Positions 35,763 through 45,886 of a DNA stretch of 64,000 nt are shown in pieces. The notes under the pieces were generated by a model. That model saw only the letters and a list, made by a program, of their open reading frames with translations. It did not search any database and was not told where the DNA came from. Every line of letters starts with the position of its first letter. The first letter of the stretch is position 1. Location of the stretch: NCBI GenBank assembly GCA_036397615.1, contig DASWIQ010000118.1:107012-171011 (forward strand), in the 5' to 3' direction. This DNA comes from Steroidobacteraceae bacterium (GTDB taxonomy: Bacteria > Pseudomonadota > Gammaproteobacteria > Steroidobacterales > Steroidobacteraceae). A program made the translations under genes and the position numbers.

Positions 35763-36155
35763 GTGAATTCATTCGCCATCACGATCGAGCAGTTCACGCT
35801 GTGGCTTCGCGCCTATCAGGCCGCGTGGGAAGGCCGGGACGCCGCGGCGGCTGGCCGCCTTTTCACTGACGATGCGCGGTACTTCTGGACGCCGCTCGTG
35901 CCGCCCCAGAATGGCCCCGCCGAAATCGCGGCTGCGTGGGACGCGGCTGTTTCCAGCCAGCGCGATGTCCGCTTTGCTTTCGACGTGTTCGCGGTGTCCG
36001 GCCCGACTGGCTTCGCGACCTGGCGTGCCGATTTCGTACGCCAGCCCGACCAGTTCAGGGTGCGGATCGAGGGCGTGCTCTCGGCGGAATTCGCCCCAGC
36101 CGGGCAATGCCGGGTTTTCCGCGAGTGGTGGCATAGCGCCGAGTCGCCAGGCTGA
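35763..36155 (+). CDS. nuclear transport factor 2 (SnoaL-like) family protein
   Basis: 130 aa. The pattern WLRAYQAAWEGRDAAAAGRLFTDDARYFWTP...VFREWW is typical of SnoaL-like domains. GTG start. Confidence 0.7.
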   Translation: MNSFAITIEQFTLWLRAYQAAWEGRDAAAAGRLFTDDARYFWTPLVPPQNGPAEIAAAWDAAVSSQRDVRFAFDVFAVSGPTGFATWRADFVRQPDQFRVRIEGVLSAEFAPAGQCRVFREWWHSAESPG

Positions 36156-36186
36156 ACTTTTTCGTCCAGCTGGCAAAGGGGGGGTC

Positions 36187-36636
36187 ATGAATTTTCTCAT
36201 CGGCGTGCTGATCGACTGGCCGGCCCGTGTGGCGCGCCAATTGCAGTGGCTCGCGCCCCTTCTTGCGCGCATCGTCGTCGGCTGGGTCTTCCTGTGGACC
36301 GGCTGGGGCAAGCTCACGCATCTGCCGCTCGTCACCGAGAACTTCGCAGGCTGGGGCGTTCCCGCGCCGCAAATCCTCGCGCCGTTTGCGTCTGGCGTCG
36401 AGTTTTTCGGCGGAATTTTTCTCCTGCTCGGCCTGCTGACGCGCATTTCGGCGGGCGCGCTCGGAATCGTGATGATCGTCGCGGTCATGCTGGTGCAGTG
36501 GGAGCAGGTGGATTCCCTGCTCACGTTCCTGGGCCTCGAAGAGATCATGTACCTCGCGCTCTTCGTCTGGCTCGCAATCGCAGGACCCGGCCCGGTCTCC
36601 GTCGATCGCCGGCTCGAGGGCCACCGGAAGGGCTGA
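36187..36636 (+). CDS. DoxX family membrane protein
   Basis: Four TM helices, with RIVVGWVFLWTGWGKL and EFFGGIFLLLGLLTR. ATG at 36187, in frame within the longer tracked ORF. Confidence 0.85.
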   Translation: MNFLIGVLIDWPARVARQLQWLAPLLARIVVGWVFLWTGWGKLTHLPLVTENFAGWGVPAPQILAPFASGVEFFGGIFLLLGLLTRISAGALGIVMIVAVMLVQWEQVDSLLTFLGLEEIMYLALFVWLAIAGPGPVSVDRRLEGHRKG

Positions 36637-37494
36637 TCAGGTCGCGAAACCGCGCAGCGGCAGTGTCGGCCGCTGCAGCCAGTTATCCGGCAGATAAGCC
36701 GCGGTACCGTCGATCGCGTGAAGCGTGTAGGCGTGCCGCGGCTTGTCGCTCTGGTTCGGCCCCGACCGATGCGGCAACGTACCGTCAAGCAGGACGAGCG
36801 TGCCGCGCCTCGCTTCGAGCGGGACGAGCCCCTCGGCCGGATACGGCTCCCGGTCCAGTTCGTCCATCACCGTCGCCGTGCGCGAGGCATTGAGTCTCGA
36901 GCGGCCCTTCACCGGCAGCCGGTGGCCGCCCGGCAAGGCCCACATGCAGCCATTCTCGGTCGTCGCATCGTCGATCGCGAACCAGAAACCGACCACGCTC
37001 CGCGGTTCCGTCCATAAGTAGGTGTGATCCGTGTGGCAGGCGACCTCGCCCCCGATGCGCGCCTGCTTGAAAATGTACATCGACTGCAGCAGGAGCGGCT
37101 CGCGCATCCCGATGTCGTTTGCGACGGCGGCAAGCTCGGGCGTGCGGCTGAAGGCATCGAAGAAGGGATCGAGGTCGTGCATCGCATGGCCGAGCTTGTT
37201 GAGGCACAGATGGGCGTCGGCCCTGAGGCGGCCATCGGCATCGAAGGCGTCCTTCTCGAAGAAACAGCGGATGGCCTCGCCACTCGTGAGGAAGTACTCG
37301 TCGCCCGCGTGCAATGGCTTGCCGTCGCCGGTGAATATCGTCGCCTGTCCCGGCGGCGGGACATGCTGCCGCGCGAGCTCGATCGCGCGTTCGCGCAGCA
37401 TCAGGCAGGTTTCGGCTTCGACGAAATCCGGAAGGACGAGGAATCCGTCGCGGCGATAGCGCGCGCGCTGCGAACCGGAAAGGAACTGATGCAT
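36637..37494 (-). CDS. phytanoyl-CoA dioxygenase (PhyH) family Fe(II)/2OG oxygenase
   Basis: YRRDGFLVLPDFV, the HxD motif (CHTDHTYLW), FWFAIDDATTENGCMWALPGGH and LDGTLPHRSGPN. Start at MHQFLSG (37494); the upstream part of the tracked ORF is Arg-rich noise. Confidence 0.85.
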   Translation of the reverse strand: MHQFLSGSQRARYRRDGFLVLPDFVEAETCLMLRERAIELARQHVPPPGQATIFTGDGKPLHAGDEYFLTSGEAIRCFFEKDAFDADGRLRADAHLCLNKLGHAMHDLDPFFDAFSRTPELAAVANDIGMREPLLLQSMYIFKQARIGGEVACHTDHTYLWTEPRSVVGFWFAIDDATTENGCMWALPGGHRLPVKGRSRLNASRTATVMDELDREPYPAEGLVPLEARRGTLVLLDGTLPHRSGPNQSDKPRHAYTLHAIDGTAAYLPDNWLQRPTLPLRGFAT

Positions 37495-37547
37495 CGCGCA
37501 TGCCCCGCCGTGGTCAGGCCGGGCGGCGGGCCGAAGCCCGCATGGAA

Positions 37548-39917
37548 TCAGACGGCCCTGGCATTCTGCGCATCGGTCAGCCGCTGGCGCTGCGCCGAAT
37601 TGGCATCCCGGATCCGCCCGAGCCAGCGCGCGAACCGAGGGTCGGCGCGGAGACCGGCCAGGGCCGGGTCGGCCTCCAGCGGGTCGACATAGAGATACGA
37701 CTGGGGTCGCAGATCGAGCGCCCAGACGGTTCTCAGGCCCTGTTCGTAAGCGCGATCGAGTGCGGCAAATGCCGCATCGGCCTCGCCTGCCAGCGCGTGA
37801 ATCCTCGCGCGCTGGAACGTGAACATCGGCAACCGGAGCGCGTCGGACCCGTCCAGATGCGCGGCGACCTGCCCGAGCAATGCCTCCCCTTCGGGCCGCG
37901 CTCCCGCGTGGAGGCGCGCCATCGCAAGGTCGATCGCAGGCAGCACGTTCCGGGCGCTGATCGGTTCGATGCCCTTGACGAGATCGGGAAAGCGGCGCTC
38001 GATGATTGCGAGCGCCTCGCGCGGCTTGCCCGCGAGCAAGGCAAACCTTGCCGCCGGAAGATCGAGCAATCGGCTGTCCGGGTGCTCCCTGCGGAACTGC
38101 TCGAGCACGGCGTACGCCCGGTCGTGGCGGCCGTGCGCGGCATGCCGAGCCGCGTCCGACAGCGACTTCTCGAACGGCTCCTTGCCGAAATCGAGCCACT
38201 CGTCGGCGCCTGCCGGATCGCCCATGGACATGTACATCGACCAGAGCTGGATACGCGCAGGGCCGCCGACACCATTCTCGATCGACCTCAGGAGCGGAAT
38301 GGCCCGGTCGAAGTTCCCGAAATAAGTTTCGAGCGTGCCGACCGCCATCGAGCAGATCCTCGCGTCCGGATTGCGCGCGACGAGATCGCCGCAGCGCTTG
38401 CGCGCGGCGTCGAGCTCGCCGCGATTGCCATGCAACGTCGCGATCAGGACATTGGGAAATGTGCAGAGCACATCCACCTCTATGGCCCGCTCGAGAAGGC
38501 TCATCGCGAGGTCGGGCTCGTGCCAGAGAATCGCCCTGCCGAAGTCCTCGTAGGCGAGCGAGTTCGCGGGATCGAGCTCGATCGCGCGCTGCAGATTCGT
38601 CTCGCCGGCGATATGCGCCTCATAGTCGCCGTGGACGCGGTAGCGCCAGAACTGGAAATTCGCCCGCGCCTGCAACGATTGGCTGAGCTCGGGATCGAGC
38701 GCCATGGCCCGTTCGGCCGCCGCCATGCCCAGCCGCTCATTTTCTTCGGCGTTCGCCAGCGTGCTCGAGACGCGACGCAAGTAGGAACGCGCCAGATCCG
38801 CGTGAGCCGCCGCGAAGTTCGGATCGCGCGCGATCGCCGCCTCGAGCAGCCGCTTGGCGACATTCTGGTCCGATCCCTTGGTCCTGCCGAGAAGATGGGC
38901 GTGGGCAATGACATACAGCCGGTAGGCTTCCGCGTCGTCGGTTCCATGCCGGCGGATCCGGTACTCGTCGGAATCCAGCAGCGTGACCTTGAGCGCTTCC
39001 GCGACCGCGAGAGAGATTTCCTCCTGGATCCGGAAGATGTCGCCGCCGTCACGGTCGAACGTCTGCGACCAGACATGACGATCGCCGCGCGCATCGATCA
39101 GCTGCGCCGTGATCCGGAGCCGCTGCTCCGAGCGACGCACGCTGCCCTCCAGGATGTGGTCCACCTGCAGCGCTTTCGCGATCGTCGCTGTGGATTCCTG
39201 CTTTCCCTTGTAGCTGAACGACGAGGTCCTTGCGACCACGCGAAGGCCGCGGAGCGTCGCGAGCCGTGTGACGAGTTCTTCCGTGAGCCCGTCGGCAAAG
39301 TACTCGTCGTCCGGATCCGGCCCCAGATTCACGAATGGCAGGACCGCAATCGATGGCACCGGCGCCTCGGCCGGTGCCGGCCGGACGTCGCTCGGCCGGC
39401 GGCTAGCGATACCGGCGTACAGGCCAGCGATTGCGAGGACGCCGATCGCGGCGCCTGCGACGGCCAGCCGGCGGCGGCGAATCCGTGTTTCCGGCGTCGA
39501 CATGCCGGACGCGTCGGGAACCGCGGCGACAGGTGTCTCGGAGCCTGCGGTGACGGCTCCGATGAAACGGTACCCCACCCTGGGCACGGTCTCGATGAAG
39601 CGTGGTGCGCTGGCCTCATCGCGAAGCACCTCGCGCAACCGGGCGATGGCGTTGTTGAGGCCGTGGTCGAAATCGACGAATACGCTCGAGGGCCAGATTC
39701 GCTGCCGCAGCTCGTCGCGCGTGACGACCTTGCCGGCTTGCTCAAGCAGCAGCCGCAGGATCTGGAATGGCTGGTCCTGAAGGCGGATGCGGGCACCCTG
39801 CCGGCGCAGCTCATGCGCGGAGGCGTCGAGCACGAAGTCTCCGAAGCCAAAGACCTGCGCCCGCTCATCCGAGACAGTCACGCGGCATTCCCTCCGTGCC
39901 CGGCCCGATTTTGCCAC
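37548..39917 (-). CDS. membrane-anchored OmpR/PhoB-type winged-helix (ToxR/CadC-like) regulator with periplasmic TolB-N-like and TPR domains
   Basis: wHTH region (FGDFVLDASAHELRRQGARIRLQDQPFQILRLLLEQAGKVVTRDELRQRIWP...IETVPRVGYRF) and one TM helix (LAVAGAAIGVLAIAGLYAGI). These are followed by IAVLPFVNLGPDPDDEYFADGLTEEL and then TPR-like helices. Confidence 0.85.
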   Translation of the reverse strand: MAKSGRARRECRVTVSDERAQVFGFGDFVLDASAHELRRQGARIRLQDQPFQILRLLLEQAGKVVTRDELRQRIWPSSVFVDFDHGLNNAIARLREVLRDEASAPRFIETVPRVGYRFIGAVTAGSETPVAAVPDASGMSTPETRIRRRRLAVAGAAIGVLAIAGLYAGIASRRPSDVRPAPAEAPVPSIAVLPFVNLGPDPDDEYFADGLTEELVTRLATLRGLRVVARTSSFSYKGKQESTATIAKALQVDHILEGSVRRSEQRLRITAQLIDARGDRHVWSQTFDRDGGDIFRIQEEISLAVAEALKVTLLDSDEYRIRRHGTDDAEAYRLYVIAHAHLLGRTKGSDQNVAKRLLEAAIARDPNFAAAHADLARSYLRRVSSTLANAEENERLGMAAAERAMALDPELSQSLQARANFQFWRYRVHGDYEAHIAGETNLQRAIELDPANSLAYEDFGRAILWHEPDLAMSLLERAIEVDVLCTFPNVLIATLHGNRGELDAARKRCGDLVARNPDARICSMAVGTLETYFGNFDRAIPLLRSIENGVGGPARIQLWSMYMSMGDPAGADEWLDFGKEPFEKSLSDAARHAAHGRHDRAYAVLEQFRREHPDSRLLDLPAARFALLAGKPREALAIIERRFPDLVKGIEPISARNVLPAIDLAMARLHAGARPEGEALLGQVAAHLDGSDALRLPMFTFQRARIHALAGEADAAFAALDRAYEQGLRTVWALDLRPQSYLYVDPLEADPALAGLRADPRFARWLGRIRDANSAQRQRLTDAQNARAV

Positions 39918-40125
39918 CGGCCCGGCGACGCGTCAGTTTGGCGCAATCCCGGAGAACCGTTGCCGCGGAGCGGCCGCCCGTCGAAAAACGCTGTCATATC
40001 AATCGGATGGAGAATGACAAATTGAGGACAAATTGCGGACCTCGCGGTGATGGCATCGCGCGCACGGCTGCGGCAGGTTTCCGATGGGTTCAGCACGGTG
40101 TCCGAATGCCGGGCAGGGAGGCGCC

Positions 40126-41025
40126 ATGCCAGTCAATCGCAGCATAGTCCTCGGCGCGCTCGCATTGCCGGCGCTCGTCGCTTGCGGCAGCAGCGGTGTC
40201 GAAGCGAGCGCCCCGCCCATCGGCATCCCGGCGCCGACGCCACCGCCGCCGGCCGTCAATGCCGTGCACGGACGCTACGTCGGCTCGGTGACGATCGGCC
40301 CGGTGGAATACTTCGCCGACGCGCTGTTTACAGCCACCGGTGAAGCACGCATCTATTTCGGCGGCGCCGGCGGAGGCGCGAGTGGAGCGATTCCCGACAC
40401 GCGGGCGGAAGCCGCCTCGCAGTTCGTAGGCAATCTCGATCTCGACGAGGGACAGGCCGCCGGATCGGGCATTGTCATCGGCGAAGGCTGCGCCATCTCC
40501 GCGCTCACGCGATTCTGCGATGAAGCGGCAACCGCCGAGATCCGCTTCCCCGGCGTCTCAGCCGGCTTCGGCAGCGATCTCAAGGGATCGCTCACCGTTA
40601 CGACCGCGCAAGGAGTGGAATTCTGGACCCTGGCGCTCCAGCCCTGGAATAACGTGTACCCATTCGGAATCGAGCTGGCGCATGCGGCCGGCCAGTATCG
40701 CGAGCGGATCGCCGAGTTCGCTGCCGATGACGATACGCTCGTCGTCATCGACGAGACCGGCCAGCTCTTCTTTCAGAGCGCGGGCTCCGGCTGCACCGGA
40801 AATGGCATCGTCACGCCCGACCCGGAATTCAACGAGCTCGAAATCGAGCTCACGATCGAAGCCTGCAACGGCGCGTTCTCATACCTGAACGGCGATCACT
40901 CCGGGCTGGGCACGTTCAGCACTAGCGATTACTGGAACTATGATTCGGTACTCCGGGTGTGGCTGTCGAAGTCCGGTACCGCATCGCCACGGGCAGCCTT
41001 CACCATGTGGGGAGTGCTGCCTTAG
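40126..41025 (+). CDS. hypothetical lipoprotein
   Basis: GGGAGG SD, ATG at 40126, lipobox LPALVAC followed by GSS. I recognise no family. Confidence 0.7.
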   Translation: MPVNRSIVLGALALPALVACGSSGVEASAPPIGIPAPTPPPPAVNAVHGRYVGSVTIGPVEYFADALFTATGEARIYFGGAGGGASGAIPDTRAEAASQFVGNLDLDEGQAAGSGIVIGEGCAISALTRFCDEAATAEIRFPGVSAGFGSDLKGSLTVTTAQGVEFWTLALQPWNNVYPFGIELAHAAGQYRERIAEFAADDDTLVVIDETGQLFFQSAGSGCTGNGIVTPDPEFNELEIELTIEACNGAFSYLNGDHSGLGTFSTSDYWNYDSVLRVWLSKSGTASPRAAFTMWGVLP

Positions 41026-41049
41026 GAAGAGACGCGCAACCGGCGTTCC

Positions 41050-42234
41050 TCAGGCCGTCGCCTGGTTCCGGAGCCGCCCCTCGGCGGCGAGGATTTCCGC
41101 CTTGTCCGTCCGTTCCCAGCTGAACTCGGGCTCGTCGCGGCCGAAATGACCATAGGCCGCCGTCTTGCGATAAATCGGGCGCAGCAAGTCGAGCATCTGC
41201 ACGATGCCCTTCGGCCGCAGGTCGAAATGACGCAGGACGAGTTCCTCGATCTTCTCATCGGCGATCCGGCCCGTGCCGTAAGTCGTCAGCATCACGCTGG
41301 TCGGGCGCGCGACGCCGATCGCATAGGAAACCTGCACCAGGCAGCGGCGCGCGAGCCCGGCGGCGACCACGTTCTTCGCCACGTAACGCGCGGCATAGGC
41401 GGCCGAGCGATCCACCTTCGAAGGGTCCTTGCCTGAAAATGCGCCGCCGCCGTGCGGCGCCGCGCCGCCGTAGGTGTCGACGATGATCTTCCGGCCGGTG
41501 AGCCCGCAGTCGCCCTTCGGACCGCCGACCACGAAGCGACCGGTCGGGTTCACGAGGAAGCGGATTTTCTTCGAGACCAAGTCCGTCGGAAGGACGGGCT
41601 TGATGATTTCCTCGATGACGGCTTCCGCGAGCGACTTGTGCTCGATATCAGGCGCGTGCTGAGTCGAGAGCACGACGGTATCGATCGCCGAAGCCCTGCC
41701 CTCGACGTAACGGACGGTGACCTGCGATTTCGCGTCGGGACGAAGCCAGCCGAGCTTTCCGGAATGACGGAGCTCCGCCTGCCGCTCGACCAGGCGATGC
41801 GCCAGATGAATCGGCAGCGGCATGAGCTGCGGGGTTTCGTCGCAGGCATAGCCGAACATCAGGCCCTGGTCCCCGGCGCCCTGTTCGAGATCGAGCCCGC
41901 GACCCTCGTCCACGCCCTGCGCGATGTCCGGCGACTGCTCGTCGTAAGTCACGAGCACGCTGCAGCCGCGATAGTCGATGCCGTACTCCGTATTGTCATA
42001 ACCGATGCGCCGGATCGCCTCGCGCGCTACGGACTGATAGTCGACGACGGCCTTCGAGGTGATTTCGCCGGCGAGCACGACGAGGCCCGTGCTGCAGAGC
42101 GTTTCCGCCGCGACTCGCGCCGTGCGGTCCTGCGCGAGCACGGCGTCGAGCACCGCATCCGAAATCTGGTCCGCAACCTTGTCCGGATGGCCCTCGCCGA
42201 CCGATTCGGATGTAAACAGATAGCTTTCGCTCAT
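41050..42234 (-). CDS. metK: S-adenosylmethionine synthetase (methionine adenosyltransferase)
   Basis: [82 protein letters not shown]. Start taken at 42234. Confidence 0.97.
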   Translation of the reverse strand: MSESYLFTSESVGEGHPDKVADQISDAVLDAVLAQDRTARVAAETLCSTGLVVLAGEITSKAVVDYQSVAREAIRRIGYDNTEYGIDYRGCSVLVTYDEQSPDIAQGVDEGRGLDLEQGAGDQGLMFGYACDETPQLMPLPIHLAHRLVERQAELRHSGKLGWLRPDAKSQVTVRYVEGRASAIDTVVLSTQHAPDIEHKSLAEAVIEEIIKPVLPTDLVSKKIRFLVNPTGRFVVGGPKGDCGLTGRKIIVDTYGGAAPHGGGAFSGKDPSKVDRSAAYAARYVAKNVVAAGLARRCLVQVSYAIGVARPTSVMLTTYGTGRIADEKIEELVLRHFDLRPKGIVQMLDLLRPIYRKTAAYGHFGRDEPEFSWERTDKAEILAAEGRLRNQATA

Positions 42235-42259
42235 GTTGCCTCTGACTCGTGCGGTATTC

Positions 42260-43186
42260 CTATGGATCGACATCGAAGCGGCCGGCACGGACGGACTCGA
42301 GCCACCGGACAGTCTGCAATACGCCGCCGAACGAAAAGAAATGCGGCTGAACGATCCGCCGCGCCAGCGCGCCTTCCCGCATGCGCACGATCTGCACGAG
42401 CATCTCGTCGGCGGAAGTGACAAGGTGCTTCACCGAGTTGATCGCACTCAGGTTCGTCATCAAGGCATTCAGCGAAGCGCCGATGCCGCAGAGCATCGCG
42501 TACTTGATGAGCGTCCTGAGCGAAGCGGGACCCGCAATTCCGACGTGAACCGGCAGTGTGATGCCGTGTTCCGTGAGCTGGCGCTCCCAGTCGACCAGCG
42601 CGCCCGGATTGAACCCGAACTGGCTGACGATGTGGACGCGCGCGCCGGTCAGCTCGGCGTAATCCTGTTTCTGCTGCAGGGATTTCCACAGCAGGGTCGA
42701 GCCGATGCGCTTGTGTCCTTCGGGATGTCCCGCGATACCGATCGAGTCGACGCCCGCGGCGACCAGGGTTCCCGAATCGAGGAGGTCGAGCGTGCTCGCA
42801 AAGAGCCCGGCCGGAGTCGAAAGATCGCCGGCTACGAGCATTGCGCGCGTGATGCCGGCGTCCCTCAGACGGTCGAGCGCGGTCACGAGCGCCATTTCGC
42901 TCTCGATTCTTCGCGCCACGATATGGGGAAAGGCCTTGAACCCCAGATTTTCGACGGTGCAGGCGATTTCCGCCACGTCCGCGATCGTCGCGCTCGGCGT
43001 GTGCGTGACGTAGACGGCGGTGCCGGCGGGCAGCCGGCCGACGAGCGAGGCGAGCACGTCTCCATCGTGCGGCGTGACTTCGATCGAGGACGCGCGGACG
43101 AAGTCGATCAGGCGATTCTTCAGGTCGGTGTCGACGGCGCCGCCGGTCCGGGCGGCCGCGGCCGCCGTCCTGAGCTCGGGATCCAC
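42260..43186 (-). CDS. methylenetetrahydrofolate reductase (MetF/MTHFR) family protein, divergent paralog
   Basis: TIM-barrel MTHFR-like pattern ([51 protein letters not shown]), but clearly divergent from canonical MetF. GTG start shares 1 nt with the upstream stop. Confidence 0.7.
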   Translation of the reverse strand: MDPELRTAAAAARTGGAVDTDLKNRLIDFVRASSIEVTPHDGDVLASLVGRLPAGTAVYVTHTPSATIADVAEIACTVENLGFKAFPHIVARRIESEMALVTALDRLRDAGITRAMLVAGDLSTPAGLFASTLDLLDSGTLVAAGVDSIGIAGHPEGHKRIGSTLLWKSLQQKQDYAELTGARVHIVSQFGFNPGALVDWERQLTEHGITLPVHVGIAGPASLRTLIKYAMLCGIGASLNALMTNLSAINSVKHLVTSADEMLVQIVRMREGALARRIVQPHFFSFGGVLQTVRWLESVRAGRFDVDP

Positions 43187-44352
43187 TATTTCTGCCGCCG
43201 GCTCACGACGAATGTCTCGTCGTTGAACCAGAGCCCGCCGTGCTTCTGCAGGATCGACTGCGTGGCTTCGAGATAGGCGCCCGTCGTCACGACCTCATCC
43301 AGCCGCTCGTCCTCGACCTGGTTGACGTAGATCGCCGCATTCCAGGCCGCGAACAGCGTCGAGGTTCCGATGCGGTCGCCGATCTCGTTCGGCAGCGTGT
43401 GCATCTCGTATTTGAAAATCGCCTTGTCGTCCGCCGGCGCCGTCAGCGAGAACTCGCTCGCTTCGCGCCCGAGTTCGGTCTTCAGGGCGGCCAGGAGCTG
43501 GCGACGATCCACCTGGAACGGATTCTCGTCGGGCCACAGCTTCTGGATGATTTCAAGCGCGGGATCGCGGCCATACGACTGGACGACCAGCAACCGCCCG
43601 TTCGGAGCGAGGCTTCGCGCCAGCGGGGCGAGCACTCTCTCCGCCTTGAACTTCGCGGACATCCGCGCGCGCCAGGGCTGCGAAGCTACGATCAGATCGT
43701 AGGACTCGAAGGTCTGGCCCGGCTTGGGGATCACGCGGTCGAGCAGGAACTTGTGGTCCTCCCGATAGACGACGAGGACCGAAGGCCGCACGTAGACGGG
43801 ATTCCCGGTCTTCGGGCTCGGCTTCGTCTGCCAGCCGAACGCGAGCATTGTGGCCAGCTCTTCGATCTGCTCCGCGTAATCGTTCGATGTCTGGCCCTTC
43901 AGCCGCACTTCGTGCCAGTTGAGGGCCGCAGCCGCATGAATGTCGCGCGGCATCAGCCGCGGCGCTTCCGAGTAATTCATGTTGGTGATCACGAGCACGG
44001 TCGCCGGATGCTCGAGGAAGCGATCCGGCATCTTCTCCAGGCCGAGGCGCACGTCCTCGAGGCTGATCTCCTTCGCCACCACCATGAGCGGCACCGTCGG
44101 CCCCTGGCTATGCGCATGGCGCATCAGCCGCGACAGCACCGTGGCATCGCCCATGCCCGCGTCGAACAGGCGCAACGCCGGCGGCGTCGGCCGGACATGC
44201 TTCAGCTCGAGCGAGGCGCGGTTCGCGACCGCCGACTTCTCGTTGCAGGTGTTGACGAACGCCAGGTACTTCTGGCGATTGTCATAGAAGCGAAACGGCG
44301 TTGCCTGCTCGGCATCCGCCGCGGCCATGGACGTGAACTTCTCCTTGTTCAC
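43186..44352 (-). CDS. hypothetical protein with weak class-I SAM-methyltransferase-like motifs
   Basis: 388 aa. [14 protein letters not shown] resembles methyltransferase motif I and [14 protein letters not shown] resembles the post-II/III strand. I recall no characterised family. GTG start overlaps the wrbA stop. Confidence 0.6.
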   Translation of the reverse strand: MNKEKFTSMAAADAEQATPFRFYDNRQKYLAFVNTCNEKSAVANRASLELKHVRPTPPALRLFDAGMGDATVLSRLMRHAHSQGPTVPLMVVAKEISLEDVRLGLEKMPDRFLEHPATVLVITNMNYSEAPRLMPRDIHAAAALNWHEVRLKGQTSNDYAEQIEELATMLAFGWQTKPSPKTGNPVYVRPSVLVVYREDHKFLLDRVIPKPGQTFESYDLIVASQPWRARMSAKFKAERVLAPLARSLAPNGRLLVVQSYGRDPALEIIQKLWPDENPFQVDRRQLLAALKTELGREASEFSLTAPADDKAIFKYEMHTLPNEIGDRIGTSTLFAAWNAAIYVNQVEDERLDEVVTTGAYLEATQSILQKHGGLWFNDETFVVSRRQK

Positions 44353-44975
44353 CGCCGCGCGCCCGCGCGGCCGGCGACAAGGTCGCGCGTGATGCGCGCG
44401 ACGTGCTCACCCTGGAAGCGGCACATGCCGAGCTCGAGCTGGCTCGGCATCCGCATTTCGTCGCCCGCACCCGTGATGCTGCTCGCCCCGTACGGGGTGC
44501 CGCCTGTCACCTCGCGCATCGTCGTGATGCCCGGCGCCGTGTACGGCAGGCCCACGATGATCATGCCGTGGTGCAACAGCGTCGAGTGGAAGGAGGTGAT
44601 CGTCGTCTCCTGGCCGCCATGCTGGCTCTGGGTGCAGGAGAAGACGCTTGCGACCTTGCCGAGGAGCGCATTGCGCGCCCACAGGGGGCCCGTCTGGTCC
44701 AGGAAATTGCGCATCTGGGCGCACATGTTGCCGAAGCGCGTCGGCGTGCCGAACAGGATGCCGTCGTAGTTCCCGAGCTCGCCCGGCTCCGCCACCGGCG
44801 CCTGCTGGTCCAGCTTGAAGCCGTACTGCTTCGCAACCTCGGGCGGAGCGAGCTCGGGCACGCGCTTGACCTCGACCGTGACGCCTTCGACCTTCGCGGC
44901 ACCCTCGGCCTGGGCCCGCGCCATCTGCTCCACATGTCCGTAGCTGCTGTAGTAGAGAACCAGTATGGTAGCCAT
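44349..44975 (-). CDS. wrbA: NAD(P)H:quinone oxidoreductase WrbA (flavodoxin-like)
   Basis: WrbA-like motifs: [42 protein letters not shown]. Confidence 0.92.
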   Translation of the reverse strand: MATILVLYYSSYGHVEQMARAQAEGAAKVEGVTVEVKRVPELAPPEVAKQYGFKLDQQAPVAEPGELGNYDGILFGTPTRFGNMCAQMRNFLDQTGPLWARNALLGKVASVFSCTQSQHGGQETTITSFHSTLLHHGMIIVGLPYTAPGITTMREVTGGTPYGASSITGAGDEMRMPSQLELGMCRFQGEHVARITRDLVAGRAGARR

Positions 44976-44990
44976 CGTAATTTCCCGCCC

Positions 44991-45806
44991 TCAGGCTGCG
45001 GCTCGCGACTGACGTCGCAGGAATGACTGTATCGCCTCGTTATAGGCCGCCGGGTTGTCGAGATTCGGCAGGTGCCCGGCGTCCGGGACCAGGACGCGCT
45101 CGGCGTGCGGCAGGATGCCGGCGAGCCTTTCGCCGGCCCGTAGCCGCGTCTTCGTGTCGAACCGTCCGTTCACGATCAGGGCCGGCGTCGCAAGTCGCGC
45201 GAGCGCCGCGCTTCCTGCACGCGGCGATGGCTCGGATCCGGGGCCGAGCAGATCCCTCGCCGGGTAGCGCGCGAGCATGGCTCCGAGCAAGGCATGCGCT
45301 GCGGCGTCCGTCGTATGCAGCTTCATCAGCGGGTGGTTCCGCCAAGCGCGCCGGAATGCGTCCACCCCGCCATCGCGGACGAGCCGCCGGAACTCGTCGA
45401 CGGAAAAGTCTTCGTCGCCTGTCGCGGCGGATTTCCCGATTTCGTCGGGCGGCCCGTCGAGAACGACGCTCATGACGCGCCCGGGATCGCGCGTGGCGAA
45501 CGCGAGCGCGACGCGGGCGCCCTGCGACGCGCCGACGAGCGCCGCCCGCGCGATGCCCAGCCGATCGAGGAGCGCGCGCAGATCGTCGCAGTCCGCGGCG
45601 AGATCGGGAATTCCGTCCGACAGGCCGAATCCGCGGCGATCGAGGCGGACGACGCGCATCGACTGCGAGAGCGCCGCCGCCTGCGGATCCCAGATGTCGA
45701 GATCGACGGTCCAGCCGTGGATGAAGACGACCGGCATGCCCTCGCCCTCGTCGCGAAAACGCAGCCGGACCGGACCGGACAGGAATTGGTCGTGGCGTGT
45801 CTGCAT
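44991..45806 (-). CDS. alpha/beta hydrolase
   Basis: VVFIHGW, GxSxG elbow (LVGASQGA), and a C-terminal VPDAGHLPNLDNP histidine motif. Confidence 0.85.
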   Translation of the reverse strand: MQTRHDQFLSGPVRLRFRDEGEGMPVVFIHGWTVDLDIWDPQAAALSQSMRVVRLDRRGFGLSDGIPDLAADCDDLRALLDRLGIARAALVGASQGARVALAFATRDPGRVMSVVLDGPPDEIGKSAATGDEDFSVDEFRRLVRDGGVDAFRRAWRNHPLMKLHTTDAAAHALLGAMLARYPARDLLGPGSEPSPRAGSAALARLATPALIVNGRFDTKTRLRAGERLAGILPHAERVLVPDAGHLPNLDNPAAYNEAIQSFLRRQSRAAA

Positions 45807-45810
45807 GCCA

Positions 45811-45825
45811 TTTCGAATATCGAAA
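45811..45825. promoter_or_regulatory. palindrome TTTCG-AATAT-CGAAA, candidate IclR-type operator (site 1)
   Basis: Perfect 5-bp arms with a 5-nt spacer. It lies 5 nt upstream of the hydrolase start codon and 61 nt downstream of the IclR stop. The same architecture recurs at 46707 and 46796. Confidence 0.45.
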
Positions 45826-45886
45826 AAAAGTTCGCAAACAGGCTACGAGCGCGCGGGGTGGGCGTCAAGCACGGCCTGCCGTGCCC

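Noticed and set aside
37500-40025. 841-aa plus-strand ORF
   Set aside because: It is antisense to the wHTH-TPR regulator, which has clear OmpR-type DNA-binding and TPR features.
42235-42259. SAM/SAH riboswitch upstream of metK
   Set aside because: Only 25 nt separate metK from the preceding gene. There is no room for any known SAM-binding RNA.
43240-44769. 509-aa plus-strand ORF; also the 47605-48852 minus and 14755-16212 plus ORFs
   Set aside because: All lie opposite better-supported genes (methyltransferase-like/wrbA, CoA-transferase, DUF3999). All show shadow-ORF composition.
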